A stretch of 63,939 bases of DNA, the filler included, from Barthelona sp. PAP020 (lineage: Eukaryota), in NCBI GenBank assembly GCA_040182905.1. It is 3 parts of 3 records of this genome, joined end to end, with 100 filler letters (N's around TTAATTAATTAA, not from the genome) between each part and the next. Parts side by side here need not be neighbours in the genome. Positions count along the whole stretch, not along the records: positions 46,773 to 63,939 come from JARQWU010000247.1; 2 more parts are not named here. One strand, 5' to 3'. Below are positions 51,459-63,600 of this stretch, in pieces. Both the position numbers and the translations under genes were made by a program. The notes under the pieces are model-generated. The model was not told the origin of the DNA. It saw only the letters and a program-made list of their open reading frames with translations, and searched no databases. Within the stretch, counting starts at the first letter, position 1. Every line of letters begins with the position of its first letter.

Positions 51459-54338
51459 TTATAATAGTTGGAACTTTGCGACTGGTTTTTTTGTTTCTTC
51501 TTTATCTTTTTTAAGTTTTTTTTCCTTCTTTTGCTTTTCCTTTTGAACAAACTTTTTTTCCGTAGTTGGTGAATTAGCAGCAATTTCTTGGAACTGTGAG
51601 AACCAATCATTGACCTTTGAGTTCTTAGATTCAACGGATTCTTCTTGGTCATCCTTTTCCTCCAGTTGTTTTTCCAACTCCAGCTTTAAAAGATTAATAT
51701 GCTCACTTTTAGGACTTTCTGTTGTCGATGTAATTGGACTTAAGATGGGACTGGAAATATTGGGGGAAGGAGGTCTTTTCATTTTAGAATTTTCTCTCTT
51801 AGAAATTGCTTTTCTGAATGCTCTGGTACCTGGGCTTGATATTGGACTTAATAATGGACTATTGGTAATATTGGGACTTGCAATCGATGAATTTTGTCTT
51901 TGATAGTCAAAGTAGTTGGATGATTCAGTTTCCAATGATAGTCTTCGTTGTTCAAGCAATGAATCAACAAAACTGTAATTCATCATAAATCTTTGAAAAA
52001 GATTGTTCATTTCATCAATACCGTCAACCGTCTTCAAACTCTGAATGAAATCAAAACCCAAGCTTTTTAAATCCTGATTTAAAAATCTTTCTGCCAGTTC
52101 CAAAACCGTATTATCGTCATCATTTGTTAAATGCAAGCACTCGTTCAAGAATAATTTCATATTTTCCTTGGCCAAATTGTCAGTATACGCAAATGAAAGT
52201 TCAAATGGAATTGAAATAAACGTTTGAGATAAGGAATCAGGTCTGTTGGTCTGTTTCGAATTCTTCAAACATAAACACTCTTTATTGGTCACATCGCACA
52301 AAAACATATGTTTTTCTATTTGGTTTGCAAGGACAAACACATCATTGTACAACACATACAATTGGTACTTTGAATCAAGCATGCACAACAACCCATTTGA
52401 ACAAAATGAAAAAAATCTTGGTGAAGCCTTGGGATTTATACCAACGCTTATGGTTTTTTCCTTGCGATATCTGGGAAAACCAAAGACATCGACAAATAGC
52501 TCTCCAAATCCAGTTTGCCTGAGAACAAACAAATCATTTGAGCAGTTTGTAATACTGAGCACATTATCCAACGCAATTGAAGGATATTCTCTGCTTCCTG
52601 TTCCAAATACTTTCAATTGGTGATTTGAACAATATATCCAAATGAAACTACTGGATAGCGCTACTAACAATGGATATCCATCGATATTTAACCTCCACTT
52701 CTTCTGTACTCGATTGGAGGGGTTCATAACTTCACAAAAAATAAAGCCCTTTTTAGTTTCTTCTTCAATACCACCTAATACAAGATATTCAAAATCAAAG
52801 GTGCCACACAAATATGTGTCAGAAGAAGTAAATCGAATATTGGGTCTCTTTGATTGATCAGTGTATGCCAGCTGAATAATTTTTTTCTCTTCCCCTTCTG
52901 TACATGTCAGTTTTCCAATATTGGTCCACTTTAGAACATTGCAGTCTAAATCGATAAAGCTACTGCTGCTAAATGGTTTGTGTTTTTGCATATTTCTCAT
53001 GACATTGACTTTATCATCACCTGTGGGTGCTGAATATGAAGCATCTATCTCTTGATTGGTATGGAAAATACTTCCATCATTATAATTTATGTCCTCATCG
53101 TCAGAATCATCCATTCCAGTGGCAAAATCTGCAAGTTCTGGAATTTCATCATCACTATTTTCATTGTCGTCTTCTTCCAACAAAAATTTGCTTTTCTCAT
53201 GAGAACCAATGATTTTTGAATTATTTTTAGGCTGCTTATCAGCTTTTACTTCTGATACTTCCAAATTGGAATATGAAGGAGAAACAGATGAATTTTGCGG
53301 TTTGCTGTTCGTTGACTTGATAAAAGAATGGGCATCTTGACCCATATTAGCGTTTAAAACTTCGGAAATACTTTCACAATAGAATAAACCATTTTCCTCC
53401 AAAACCATAATGTAGGGCATAATTGGATGGCAGGCGAAAGCAACAATAACATCATAATCAACACCAATCTTTTGTTTAAGACGCTTCTCAGCTTTATTAA
53501 TTTCGTAAATAACAACCCTACCATGATAATCGCAACAACATAAATGACGTTCATCATCAGTAAAAGATGCGCTGAAAACATTTCCCACAAGATATGAATC
53601 CCCCAAAGATTTCAACTGATAGTCTTCTGATTCCCAACCAATCAACACTTCTTCACAACCACAAAACACCAAAATGTCCCCTGAGTTCGAAAATAACATA
53701 TTGGCTGCGGATTTTTCATTCTCATTAATCAACGAATTGGGCAATCTCCTACCAGGAATCATCGGCAATTCTGAACGATCGTCCACGCTAAACATCCGAA
53801 CAAACTTGTCACCAGAATAGTAAATCGCTAAAAAGTCACCATTTGGATGAAATGCAGACATGTATGGAAAAGAATCTTCTTTAATGTCCACATTCAATCG
53901 TCTGGCGATACTTCTCGATTTTTCATAAGGTGTAGGCAGCAGCTGAATGTCATTAGAAATAGATGAACCAACGCACAAATGATCAACCTTGTGAATGGAA
54001 GTTGCATTGTATTCGCCTGTTATTTCTGAAAATAATAGCTTTCCTCCATTTAAAATGTTATTTGCAATATCATATACGTAAGATTTTACCGAATTTGATG
54101 CAACAATAATGTGTAAAGCATTCTCGAACTCATCATAGTGGCAATACAAAGATAATATATACATAGTATTGTCGAATTCCTTATTGAACAATCGTTTAAT
54201 ATTATTTGAATCAAAATCCAACGTTAATATTGACAAATTGTTTCCCATTCCAACAACAACAAATTCTCCTTTTGCACTGCATGATATACACCCAGGAACT
54301 TGTTCGCCATTCCATTCACATGCTTGAATGGAATGCAT
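51459..54338 (-). CDS. WDHD1: CTF4/And-1/Mcl1 replisome hub protein
   Basis: N-terminal WD40 propeller, acidic linker, SepB-like start KPFSSSS.....VLKWTNIG, second propeller and helical end; ATG at 54338. Confidence 0.7.
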   Translation of the reverse strand: MHSIQACEWNGEQVPGCISCSAKGEFVVVGMGNNLSILTLDFDSNNIKRLFNKEFDNTMYILSLYCHYDEFENALHIIVASNSVKSYVYDIANNILNGGKLLFSEITGEYNATSIHKVDHLCVGSSISNDIQLLPTPYEKSRSIARRLNVDIKEDSFPYMSAFHPNGDFLAIYYSGDKFVRMFSVDDRSELPMIPGRRLPNSLINENEKSAANMLFSNSGDILVFCGCEEVLIGWESEDYQLKSLGDSYLVGNVFSASFTDDERHLCCCDYHGRVVIYEINKAEKRLKQKIGVDYDVIVAFACHPIMPYIMVLEENGLFYCESISEVLNANMGQDAHSFIKSTNSKPQNSSVSPSYSNLEVSEVKADKQPKNNSKIIGSHEKSKFLLEEDDNENSDDEIPELADFATGMDDSDDEDINYNDGSIFHTNQEIDASYSAPTGDDKVNVMRNMQKHKPFSSSSFIDLDCNVLKWTNIGKLTCTEGEEKKIIQLAYTDQSKRPNIRFTSSDTYLCGTFDFEYLVLGGIEEETKKGFIFCEVMNPSNRVQKKWRLNIDGYPLLVALSSSFIWIYCSNHQLKVFGTGSREYPSIALDNVLSITNCSNDLFVLRQTGFGELFVDVFGFPRYRKEKTISVGINPKASPRFFSFCSNGLLCMLDSKYQLYVLYNDVFVLANQIEKHMFLCDVTNKECLCLKNSKQTNRPDSLSQTFISIPFELSFAYTDNLAKENMKLFLNECLHLTNDDDNTVLELAERFLNQDLKSLGFDFIQSLKTVDGIDEMNNLFQRFMMNYSFVDSLLEQRRLSLETESSNYFDYQRQNSSIASPNITNSPLLSPISSPGTRAFRKAISKRENSKMKRPPSPNISSPILSPITSTTESPKSEHINLLKLELEKQLEEKDDQEESVESKNSKVNDWFSQFQEIAANSPTTEKKFVQKEKQKKEKKLKKDKEETKKPVAKFQLL

Positions 54339-54383
54339 ATTAAGATACAATAAAAAAATTAATAGGCAATATTTATTCACAAA

Positions 54384-55391
54384 CTAAAACATTCTTCCCT
54401 TTTGTACATCCGCTAATTGTTGTAATTGATCCCAACATGGTAAGATTCCGCGAACTATCTCTCCATTGTCATTAGAAACGACATATAATGCAGCTTGTGA
54501 AAGATATCTCCCTATTTCAAGTAAAATAGTTGACACATTGGCAAAATCTTCATTTTTACATACAATTATAAAACCGTCTTCTCTGTATTTATTTTCAAAA
54601 TCGCAAGAATGACAATCAAAATATTCAAGGTGGTAGAAATCAAGCAATTCCCTCAGTTTTTCGTTCTTTTTATCATTGACGGCTTTCTTCAAAGTTTTGT
54701 TCATTGGATTGTGACCTGTTATTGCAATGAATGAATGATCTTCAAAGACTTTTAAATCATCAATCATGTCACCAGTTTCATCCCCATAAAAATCAAAATG
54801 CTGGCTATTGAAGTCAAACACCAATCTTGCCTTGTTCCACAACATTTTACATTCTTCAATTTCATCAGCTTTGATAAATGAAGGAAGATTCCACACTATT
54901 AGATGCTCACCAGCCAATGATTCAATTGCAGAATGCAAGGGAATGATTTTTCTCATAAATTGATTCATTTCATTGTAGTATTGAATCGTAAACAACACTA
55001 ACTGATTTTGTTCTTGACTAATGTCACATATTTGCTTGATGATATTATCAGTGTTATCATTGAGAGGGATTGGAATACAGAAATAAGGTATCTTAGGCAA
55101 ATTTTCATCAACGTTATGGGCCTGCCAAATATTTAAGGATAAAGGACTCAATTTTTGATACAGAACAATCATTCTGTCCACATATTGTTGAGAATTTAAT
55201 TTTTCGCCCAAAGGTAAGCATGCAGTTGTTAAAAGCAATAAATGATCCTGAAAAAATACAATCGGAACAGATTGTTGATGTGCAACTGGGTTTTCTGTCC
55301 CTTTCAATCCGAACTTTTTAAAACCATCATCAATAATAAATCTTGCGCTTTTCAGTCCTAATTCAAGCTGTAATAATTGTTGTTCATTCAT
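54384..55391 (-). CDS. Protein with C-terminal DUF3293-like domain
   Basis: FIAITGHNPM......N..KN..L...L...REDGF........IG....Q.ALY resembles DUF3293. Confidence 0.55.
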   Translation of the reverse strand: MNEQQLLQLELGLKSARFIIDDGFKKFGLKGTENPVAHQQSVPIVFFQDHLLLLTTACLPLGEKLNSQQYVDRMIVLYQKLSPLSLNIWQAHNVDENLPKIPYFCIPIPLNDNTDNIIKQICDISQEQNQLVLFTIQYYNEMNQFMRKIIPLHSAIESLAGEHLIVWNLPSFIKADEIEECKMLWNKARLVFDFNSQHFDFYGDETGDMIDDLKVFEDHSFIAITGHNPMNKTLKKAVNDKKNEKLRELLDFYHLEYFDCHSCDFENKYREDGFIIVCKNEDFANVSTILLEIGRYLSQAALYVVSNDNGEIVRGILPCWDQLQQLADVQKGRMF

Positions 55392-55442
55392 TTAATAAAA
55401 AAAAGAGATAGTCATTAGATTCTTTATTTATCATTGTTTCAC

Positions 55443-58400
55443 ATGGATTCTAAGAAGCTTTCAGCTCTTAAAGGGGGAAATGTAAACAAGATAATCGATG
55501 TCGTTGATATTTTGTCTCGAACCATGATTCAAGGAGAATTTGATTATGAAGATATTCATGATGCTGATGAAAAAGAAAAGTTGTTTGTTGATATTATTCA
55601 AGATTTGTATGACATATGTAAAAGACATGGAAATCACAAGCTTAATTTAAGAATTGGAAATTTGTTGGGTAGGATACTAACAAGTGATCAAATGGTTTTG
55701 ACACCAGAACATATATCCACATGTCTAAAGTCGTTGATACATGTGTATTTAAATCTGCGTAATAGCGTAGAATATGAATCAATGAAGGTGTTGTTTATCC
55801 TTTCAGTTTCAAATATTTTCAGACGATTACCTTGGGTTACCAAAGAAGATCAGCAATATGATATTTTATACAGACAGGCTGAATTTGTTTTGTCTTTATT
55901 GTATGATTTAAGTTTGAGCGGCTTGCCAAGAGATGAAAATGGGTTGCCTGATTTTAGCACAAGATTGTCTTTAGAGGCGTTTTGTTTAAGAGAATTGGCT
56001 TTATCGTCTTTTAAGGATCTTGTGCAGGCCAATTACCAAACATTCTTTTTGGTTCCAGAATTATTGGAAGTGCTCAAGGGATCGTTGATGTTTATACTGT
56101 TTATGAATTTGTTTACCCATGAAGAAAAATTAACCGAGCTTTGTTGTGGCATTTTTGATGATTGTATGACTAATTTACGAGCACCGTTGCACAAAGAATT
56201 GGGAATAATATTAACTCATTTCTTTATTCCCTTAAGTATTAATGTGTTGTTGCCAGTTAATTCCAGAAAAATTCTGTTGTCACAAATAAATAAGTTATTT
56301 GAAAATCCTGTTGTATTTATGGATATATTTTTCAATTTTGATGCATGTGTTGGTCAAGAAAATTTGTTAGAGATAATAATAGATGCGTATCTGAAGATAA
56401 TTGAACTTGAAGATGGACCTAATTATGAACCAATCATCCGACAATTATCGTTACAAGGAATTTTTGCGTGCTTAAAGGCAATGAGATATTGGAATGAAAA
56501 TGGAGGTACCCGAGTTTTAGCCTATGAGGAGAAACTCCAAAACATTGGCATTAGAACAGTGGTGTCAGACAACGGAGAAAATTTGTACTCTGAAAAGAAA
56601 AAATTAAATGGAAACTTTGAAGCATTAATTATGTTCAACAAGGGTAAGGGTATGGATGCCGTCAATTTGTTAGTTCAAACAGGATCATTGGATTTGTCAA
56701 AAGAAGACATCCACAATTTCTTATTCAACCAAAAAAAGTTAGGTATAGAAGAGCTTGAAAATTTATGTGAACGGGTTGCTACAGCCATGTATGAGTGGAT
56801 AAGCACCCGTATTGGTATTTTATCAAAAACGGTCATCGGAGAGCTAATAGGAAAATTTAAACCATTCAATGAAGCGTTACTGAGAGTTTTTACTGATGCC
56901 CAAGACTTTACTGAAATGAAGGTTATGGATGCCTTCAGAAAATTCACTTTGACTTTCAAAATGCCTCAAGAAGGCCCTCAGGTTGATAAAATATGCTTTG
57001 TCTTTGCTGACAAATACAAGAGAGATCATCAATTGGCAATGTCTTCTGAATGTTTACATGGCGTCATCTATTGGACCTTAATGGCCAATGCTTCCTTGCA
57101 CAATCCCACTGTAAAAACAAAGGCAACGACAGAATTTTTCAAGGAAGGGTATTATTCACAAGCAGATGAAGATGAAAGAATTTGGGTCAGTGAAGAGTTT
57201 TTGGAAGAAATTTTTGAAGACATATCCCGTGAAGCCTTTGCTGTTTTGGATGACGATATTCACGTTTCAAAACAATTGTATAATCAACAAAATGAAAGTG
57301 GTTTGGACTTTGAAATTTTTTATCGTGAAATGACTACTTTTCAACATCGTGGTATTGATGGGTTCCTACAATACAGGTCAGATGTTTCTGGTTATGTTGG
57401 ATCTTTGCTTTATGAATTATTTTTGAAGGGAAGAACCAATTTGGTGACACTAAAAAACATTTCCACTGAAGGTCAATGGATAATTCCTGTTGATAAATCA
57501 CTGGTCACTATTCCAGTGGCGAGATTGTTAAGCAAATGTACGGGTGCTGTTTTAAATGTTATTAGCGATGAACCATTGAACACCAATGTTACAAATGCGC
57601 TTCTATCAACCAATGATTTATTCATGTTGTGTTATTCATTTGGAAAGGTCAAAGTTGCAGAGCGAATTTTCGCCACGCTTTCTGAAACTTCAAAATTGCG
57701 TATTGGTGATCTTCCTTCGGTCTTTACCCACAGAAATGTTGTGATTATTCAAAATTTGTTAAAATTTTCTTGTGATTTTGCAGTTTATCTTTCTCATGAT
57801 TCGTGGACAAAAGTTTTGGTTGTTATTTCTGAATTAGAACGTTTGTTACCATTTGCAGGGATAGGAGCGCATAGTGAACCATTAACAGAGGTTCAACGTA
57901 CAGAAAATCGTATTGCTGCTTTAATTGCCGAGTTCATCAAGGAAAGCAGTTATCAAAAGGTATTTGCTGTTGGATTAACCTTGCCAATTCATTCTGCTTT
58001 ACAATTGGCATCAGCTATTGCATTCATATCGCGTGAAGAGTTGGCAGAACAAGATAGACAGCAGAAAAAAGCTAGAAACAATCAAATAAAGCCTCGATTG
58101 TTTTTGCTTCAATCGCTTGTTGAAATGTTCCATCATATTCTTGACCATTTGAAAAATGATGAGCAAAATGAGATCTTGGAATTGTGGAAAATCGTCTCTC
58201 AACATTTTTCTGAGGTGGCGTTATCAAAGGATGTAACAACATCATTACTATCAGTTTCTAATTTGAAAATTGTTGTGAGAAGTGTTTTAGATCACACAGA
58301 CAAAAGTTTCTTGGATAATTTATTGTTTGATCCGTTTGTATACATTGTGGAGCGGTCAAAAGAATCTTTAACTGTTGGACAAATTTTGGACTTGTTGCAT

Positions 58401-60437
58401 GAATTGACCCAGTTCTATGCAGAAAACTTTGGAAAATCTTGGAAGACAATGTTTGATGTGTGTGCATCATGTGTTCATGCTGAACAGGAAGTTGCTGAGC
58501 AGGCTTTTGGATTATTGGAGTCTTTTGTGGAAAATGAGACAGTATTGAAGAGCATAGCAAAATCAAATGTTGATTTTGAATCATTAACTGCGGCAATCGC
58601 TATTTTTTGTCCAGTTCCAATAGAACTGATGCGCAGACGCAGTTTGGAGTTGTTGACAAAACTGTTTTTTGCGGGTAGAAATTTGAAAGATGAGACAAAT
58701 AAGGTTGAAGACGATATTAGCCTTGTCAATGACAATAATGAGACCTCAGTTGATCCCACTTTTGATATTGGCCCAGGAATGAGCTCGGTTGGAATGAGCA
58801 ATGACAACATTGGTCCCAGTTTTGATTGTGTCTTTGGTGCTGCTCCTGGAATGAGCTCAGTCAGTATGAATGATGATGATGTTGAACCTTGTATTGGACC
58901 TTCTGTTGGAGGAATGTCTGGTGTTTTTGGTTGTGGAAGCGAATCATTGTCCCCATATAAACAAAAATCAATTTCAAAGACTGCTTTTGAAAGAATCACC
59001 CTCGCCGTTTTTGGAGAAATGTGTGGTCTTCTAAAGAATAATGCTCTTGACAATCCTTCTCGTGTCTGTGTACTTTCACGAGCTGAACAAATTGTCTCTG
59101 AGCATGGTACGGAGTTTACAGAGAATATTTGGACTCCGTTACTCGTCTCACTTTTAGAGATCTTTGATATATACAAAGAACAAGAATTTTCTGCAATTGA
59201 CGGTGAAATGTTTGGCGATTTCTTTAACTTCATCATTGATACAATGAAATTACACTCAGAACCAATATTTGACATCATATATGAAATATTTGAAATATTT
59301 GAGACGATTGCAAAGCAACATCAATCAACAGCTCTTCTTTCAAGTTCCCTTGAATATCTTGCAAAACTTATTCCAATCGTTTTTGAAGTTTATCCAGAAG
59401 AACATGACACCCTCTGTAATATTATTGGAACAACCCTTTCAAGAATTTTGTCTGTGAGCTTCCCAACCCAGTTAGTTGAAGCAACGCTGCCCCCTCCAAA
59501 TGAGCCTATTCCGTTGGTCACAAATAATGATGAAAAAGTTGAAAAGCAAACAACAAAGTTCGAAATTGATTTTGATGATCCAAACATGGATCCTCGTTTA
59601 ATTTCTCAACAAATGGGACTTACTGGGATATCTTCGGGCAATATTGCACCTTCCAAAGTTTCTTCCGCGTTTGAAATGAATCTTGAAGAGCAGTATGAAC
59701 CGCTTGACATAAATAAAATAGTCCATCAAATGCATTGTATTGGTTTAATTATGGATTTTGTGTATAAGATTTTGGTAAACACCAGCTACAGTTCTGATGG
59801 AAATTCTGAACATGCAATTATTGTTGGTGTTCCATCTCCTTCTAAACTCTTTGAACAACTTTCCTTGCAAATTTTGCAAAGAATATTTTCAACTCTTCAG
59901 AAAATACATAAACAGTGTGTTAAATTTAACAATAATATGCAGCGCCGAGAAAGATTGATGGAACTTGGAGAAATGCTGCTGATTCAGCCAACATCACCAG
60001 GAAGTCATGCGTTACCTTCTTTAAATAATCAAGAGGTACTAGCTGCAAGAATTTCTATCATCGGTTATTATTTATGCTGCGAAAGGAAAGAGTTAAACGA
60101 GATGGAACAAGAAATAACGTACTTTACTTACACAAATTTGATATCTGATTGTTTAAAGCACTTTTTGTCTTCCAAAAAGAGATACACAACCAGTTCCAGC
60201 AATCGTCGACTTTCGATGATACGCAGTGAAAACTATGCATATCATCACACTGTTCAGTCAATAATGAAGCAAATCTATGAAATGGACATTGATTCCGAGT
60301 TATTCAAGATGGTCATTCAGCACAATTATGAAAAGTTGGTCAGAATCGCCTTCAACTCTTTTGACGTCGAACACATCGAAAAAATATTTTTGGAAAAGCT
60401 TCCCAAACTGGTCAATCTTAAGTTTGAAGAATTTTAA
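55443..60437 (+). CDS. Large Sec7-domain ARF guanine-nucleotide exchange factor (BIG/GBF type)
   Basis: HUS-box-like IFFNFD, SKTVIGELIG, FKMPQEGPQVDKI (Glu finger), LMANASLHNP.VK, HDS-like PRLFLLQSLVE. Confidence 0.88.
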   Translation: MDSKKLSALKGGNVNKIIDVVDILSRTMIQGEFDYEDIHDADEKEKLFVDIIQDLYDICKRHGNHKLNLRIGNLLGRILTSDQMVLTPEHISTCLKSLIHVYLNLRNSVEYESMKVLFILSVSNIFRRLPWVTKEDQQYDILYRQAEFVLSLLYDLSLSGLPRDENGLPDFSTRLSLEAFCLRELALSSFKDLVQANYQTFFLVPELLEVLKGSLMFILFMNLFTHEEKLTELCCGIFDDCMTNLRAPLHKELGIILTHFFIPLSINVLLPVNSRKILLSQINKLFENPVVFMDIFFNFDACVGQENLLEIIIDAYLKIIELEDGPNYEPIIRQLSLQGIFACLKAMRYWNENGGTRVLAYEEKLQNIGIRTVVSDNGENLYSEKKKLNGNFEALIMFNKGKGMDAVNLLVQTGSLDLSKEDIHNFLFNQKKLGIEELENLCERVATAMYEWISTRIGILSKTVIGELIGKFKPFNEALLRVFTDAQDFTEMKVMDAFRKFTLTFKMPQEGPQVDKICFVFADKYKRDHQLAMSSECLHGVIYWTLMANASLHNPTVKTKATTEFFKEGYYSQADEDERIWVSEEFLEEIFEDISREAFAVLDDDIHVSKQLYNQQNESGLDFEIFYREMTTFQHRGIDGFLQYRSDVSGYVGSLLYELFLKGRTNLVTLKNISTEGQWIIPVDKSLVTIPVARLLSKCTGAVLNVISDEPLNTNVTNALLSTNDLFMLCYSFGKVKVAERIFATLSETSKLRIGDLPSVFTHRNVVIIQNLLKFSCDFAVYLSHDSWTKVLVVISELERLLPFAGIGAHSEPLTEVQRTENRIAALIAEFIKESSYQKVFAVGLTLPIHSALQLASAIAFISREELAEQDRQQKKARNNQIKPRLFLLQSLVEMFHHILDHLKNDEQNEILELWKIVSQHFSEVALSKDVTTSLLSVSNLKIVVRSVLDHTDKSFLDNLLFDPFVYIVERSKESLTVGQILDLLHELTQFYAENFGKSWKTMFDVCASCVHAEQEVAEQAFGLLESFVENETVLKSIAKSNVDFESLTAAIAIFCPVPIELMRRRSLELLTKLFFAGRNLKDETNKVEDDISLVNDNNETSVDPTFDIGPGMSSVGMSNDNIGPSFDCVFGAAPGMSSVSMNDDDVEPCIGPSVGGMSGVFGCGSESLSPYKQKSISKTAFERITLAVFGEMCGLLKNNALDNPSRVCVLSRAEQIVSEHGTEFTENIWTPLLVSLLEIFDIYKEQEFSAIDGEMFGDFFNFIIDTMKLHSEPIFDIIYEIFEIFETIAKQHQSTALLSSSLEYLAKLIPIVFEVYPEEHDTLCNIIGTTLSRILSVSFPTQLVEATLPPPNEPIPLVTNNDEKVEKQTTKFEIDFDDPNMDPRLISQQMGLTGISSGNIAPSKVSSAFEMNLEEQYEPLDINKIVHQMHCIGLIMDFVYKILVNTSYSSDGNSEHAIIVGVPSPSKLFEQLSLQILQRIFSTLQKIHKQCVKFNNNMQRRERLMELGEMLLIQPTSPGSHALPSLNNQEVLAARISIIGYYLCCERKELNEMEQEITYFTYTNLISDCLKHFLSSKKRYTTSSSNRRLSMIRSENYAYHHTVQSIMKQIYEMDIDSELFKMVIQHNYEKLVRIAFNSFDVEHIEKIFLEKLPKLVNLKFEEF

Positions 60438-60679
60438 CAAATAATTTTATATTTATAAATATGTTAAGTGATTTGGGATTCTTTTTTTTTATTAGATATT
60501 TATGAGGTATATTGCAGTATTGGATGTATTATCTGGTAAATCATGATAAGATTTACAATTTTTTTTCAAACTGAATAATTCTTTTTACCAGGGCTTTTAA
60601 ACAAAAATAGTTATAAGTTTTTTTTTTTTGCACCTAATTATTTTAGATTCTTATTCAATTTTGATGAAATGATAATATA

Positions 60680-63600
60680 ATGACATTATTATTTCGTGAA
60701 TTTAATTTAAAAGATATTGAGAAACAATGCGAATTATTTCAAGACGAAGGTCAAAATGAAAATTTTGAATATTCTGTAGAACCCTCAAGAATATGTATTG
60801 AAATCAAAAATTTTACGTTAATTTTTGAAAAGGATTGTTGTGAGTTTATTTCCAAGTTTAGAATGAGTGAAACAGGATTAAATACTTTTTTGCAAGATTT
60901 AAATCAAGAATTAGACAACCAAAGATCTTTTTCATTGAGTAATATTATAAATTTTATGAAAGATCATTCATTTGATTTACCCATAACCACTTTACATGAT
61001 TTAGATATCAATATTCCTGTTAACTTGGAAATTGATAATTTTAAAACACCTACACCATCTGTAACTAATGTAGAATTAAATTTTACTAATGATGATTCAA
61101 AAACTGATTTTATAATGCTGCTAATTGAATATTTCAAGTATAGATCAACTTCGTTGTTCAAGGGTTTAAAACATTTGAATTTAAAGTTTGAAGATGGTAA
61201 TCTTGAAAGATGTGAACTTGAACAACAATTTGAAAGACGATACCCTGATTTTTTCAAATATTTAAGGAAATATTTGGAAGAGCTTTCAGAGAACCCTGGT
61301 GGACGAATCAGTTCTTTATCTTTAACGCCTGCATTAGAATTGGATAGTCAAATCTTTTCTCATATTTTACAATCTCATCAGTTGAGATTAATAAAGGAAA
61401 GGAATGCTGGTGATCAGGAATGTTTTGTTGAATCATCCATTGACTATAGTTTATACAGACTTAAATTATTTGATATTACTTTGCAACCTTATGATAAGGT
61501 TATTAACTATATGGAGTTGTTAACGAAAGCTTCAGAATTGTCTGAAAATATTCAAACGATCTCTACATGCTTTGATAAGAAATTTGACCGTTCTATCTTA
61601 TTATTTTTGCAATATGAATACAGTCTAAATTATCATTGTTTAGCAGATGTTTTAAGTAAAATTGAGGATGATGAAGATAAATTAGCGATTATCGTGAATT
61701 TAGCTGAGGTTATTCGATGCTTTCATGAACATAATCTTGGAATTGGTTGCATTAATATGGAGACAATATTGATCAAAGATTATAAAATTCCATTGTTGAT
61801 TGATGGAGGAACGTACGCATTCTTGATGAATTTGTCATTATTGAATGAAGAATTAATATTTGAAATAAAACAACAAGATATATATGACTTTGGATTAGTA
61901 ATTTTATTTTTATTGCTTGGTAAAGTTGATAATGAATTTGTAAATATTTTAACCATTGATCATGTTTTGCCCAATGAATTTGTTGAAAAATATCCTCTTT
62001 TAGCAAAGATTATTCTTAATTGTACCAATAGTCAGATAAACAATCGTCCTAACATCGTTGACATATTGTCTGAACTATCCAGCAAACAATTGAATCTTCA
62101 TTCCAAAGACATCAATGAAATTTGCACATTTATTTCAACAAATGAACAATTAAGAAAGAGATTGATTGAAAATTGTTTCATTTCCAGCAAAGAGCATGTT
62201 AGCAAAGTTGAAATGGAAAACAATCAAAGATATCAAATTGTGTGGAGATATTTAGATTTATTAATTGAAGTTTTTACTAATTTAAGTTTAATTTCTGGAT
62301 TCAAATTCAGTCTATCATCGGGATTTATTTCTGCTAAGGATGCTAGTGAAGATATCTTCAGATTAAACGAACAGATTTTATTTCTATCAAAGAATGATAA
62401 CAAAATTCTATTTCATCCATTAAATTCTCAGTTAGAGTTGTTGAATCAAACCAATCGTAGAACTTTTGGATTTTTTCAGAAGTCATTAAATCATGTAGTT
62501 ACATATGTTTGCTCCTCAATGATTCCTTTTGATGAGTATATCATTGATTGCTTTCAAACGTTATTGATGTTTGTTTTTTCTTTCAAACACATTATCAATA
62601 CCGCCAAATGGTATCCAAAAATAGTTGTTATATGTCCTTCTATTCTACCTATTATCACCGTATTAATTATTGATGAACGATTTAGAGATAGACAAACTGT
62701 GTATATGTTATTGAAAGATTTCATTTTAAAATCGTTTGAATTGAATGATGCGAATGATTCAATGGAAAAATTGAACGAAGTTTTATTTTCAAAAGAATTG
62801 ATCGATAACAAATTTTTGAAAAAATTGCAAAAAGTTTTTGCTAATCCCAATCCAAATGTGGAAGATTTATTTGTTTTGTTGGAAAAATTATTGATTATTT
62901 CTGCTAAAAGACAAAATATGAAATATTATCAAATCATATTAAAAATTAAAGAAGAATTTTTACAATGTTTTGAACTTTTAAAAGTTTTAAAAGAACAATT
63001 TAATACTTCTTTCAAGTTGAAAATGAATTTGGAGGATGATTTAATAATTAATAGTAATTACCCGAATCATTTCAAATTTCAAATGGTTATTACCAACAGT
63101 GGTGGTAATAGACATAACAATAAACATAAACATAAACATCATTTAAAAAACATTGAAAACATTGAAAATTATGAAAATAAAATAAAAAAAATAAAAAAAA
63201 ATAAAAAAAAAATTAGAAACAAAATGCCTTTTATTTTGCAACAAGATTGGAAAATTGCTTCAAAGAATGATGTTCAAAATGAGAATATCATCAATTGTTT
63301 TGAATTTAATTTGTCAAATTTTTGTTTTTTGGTTGAAATCTTCGATTCTGCTGAATTCAGCAATCCAAGCAAATATTTATATTCAAAAAATTTTAAACCA
63401 ATTGTGGTATACATAGATATTCAAAGTTCCAAAATAAATTCTGTTTTAATGCAAGTTGAAATGTTTAACATTCTTTCAAGACTGAAGAAAAGTTATATTT
63501 CAGTTTTTTATGATGGATTAAAAAAAACAACCGATGAATTAAATCCTTCAAATGATGTAGAAATAATAATTTTTTTAAAGAATAAAATAAATAAAAAAAA

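Noticed and set aside
164..51461. Stop codons in TAAA context (Trichomonas-like polyadenylation signal)
   Set aside because: Only about half of the TAA stops are followed by A, not clearly above AT-rich background.
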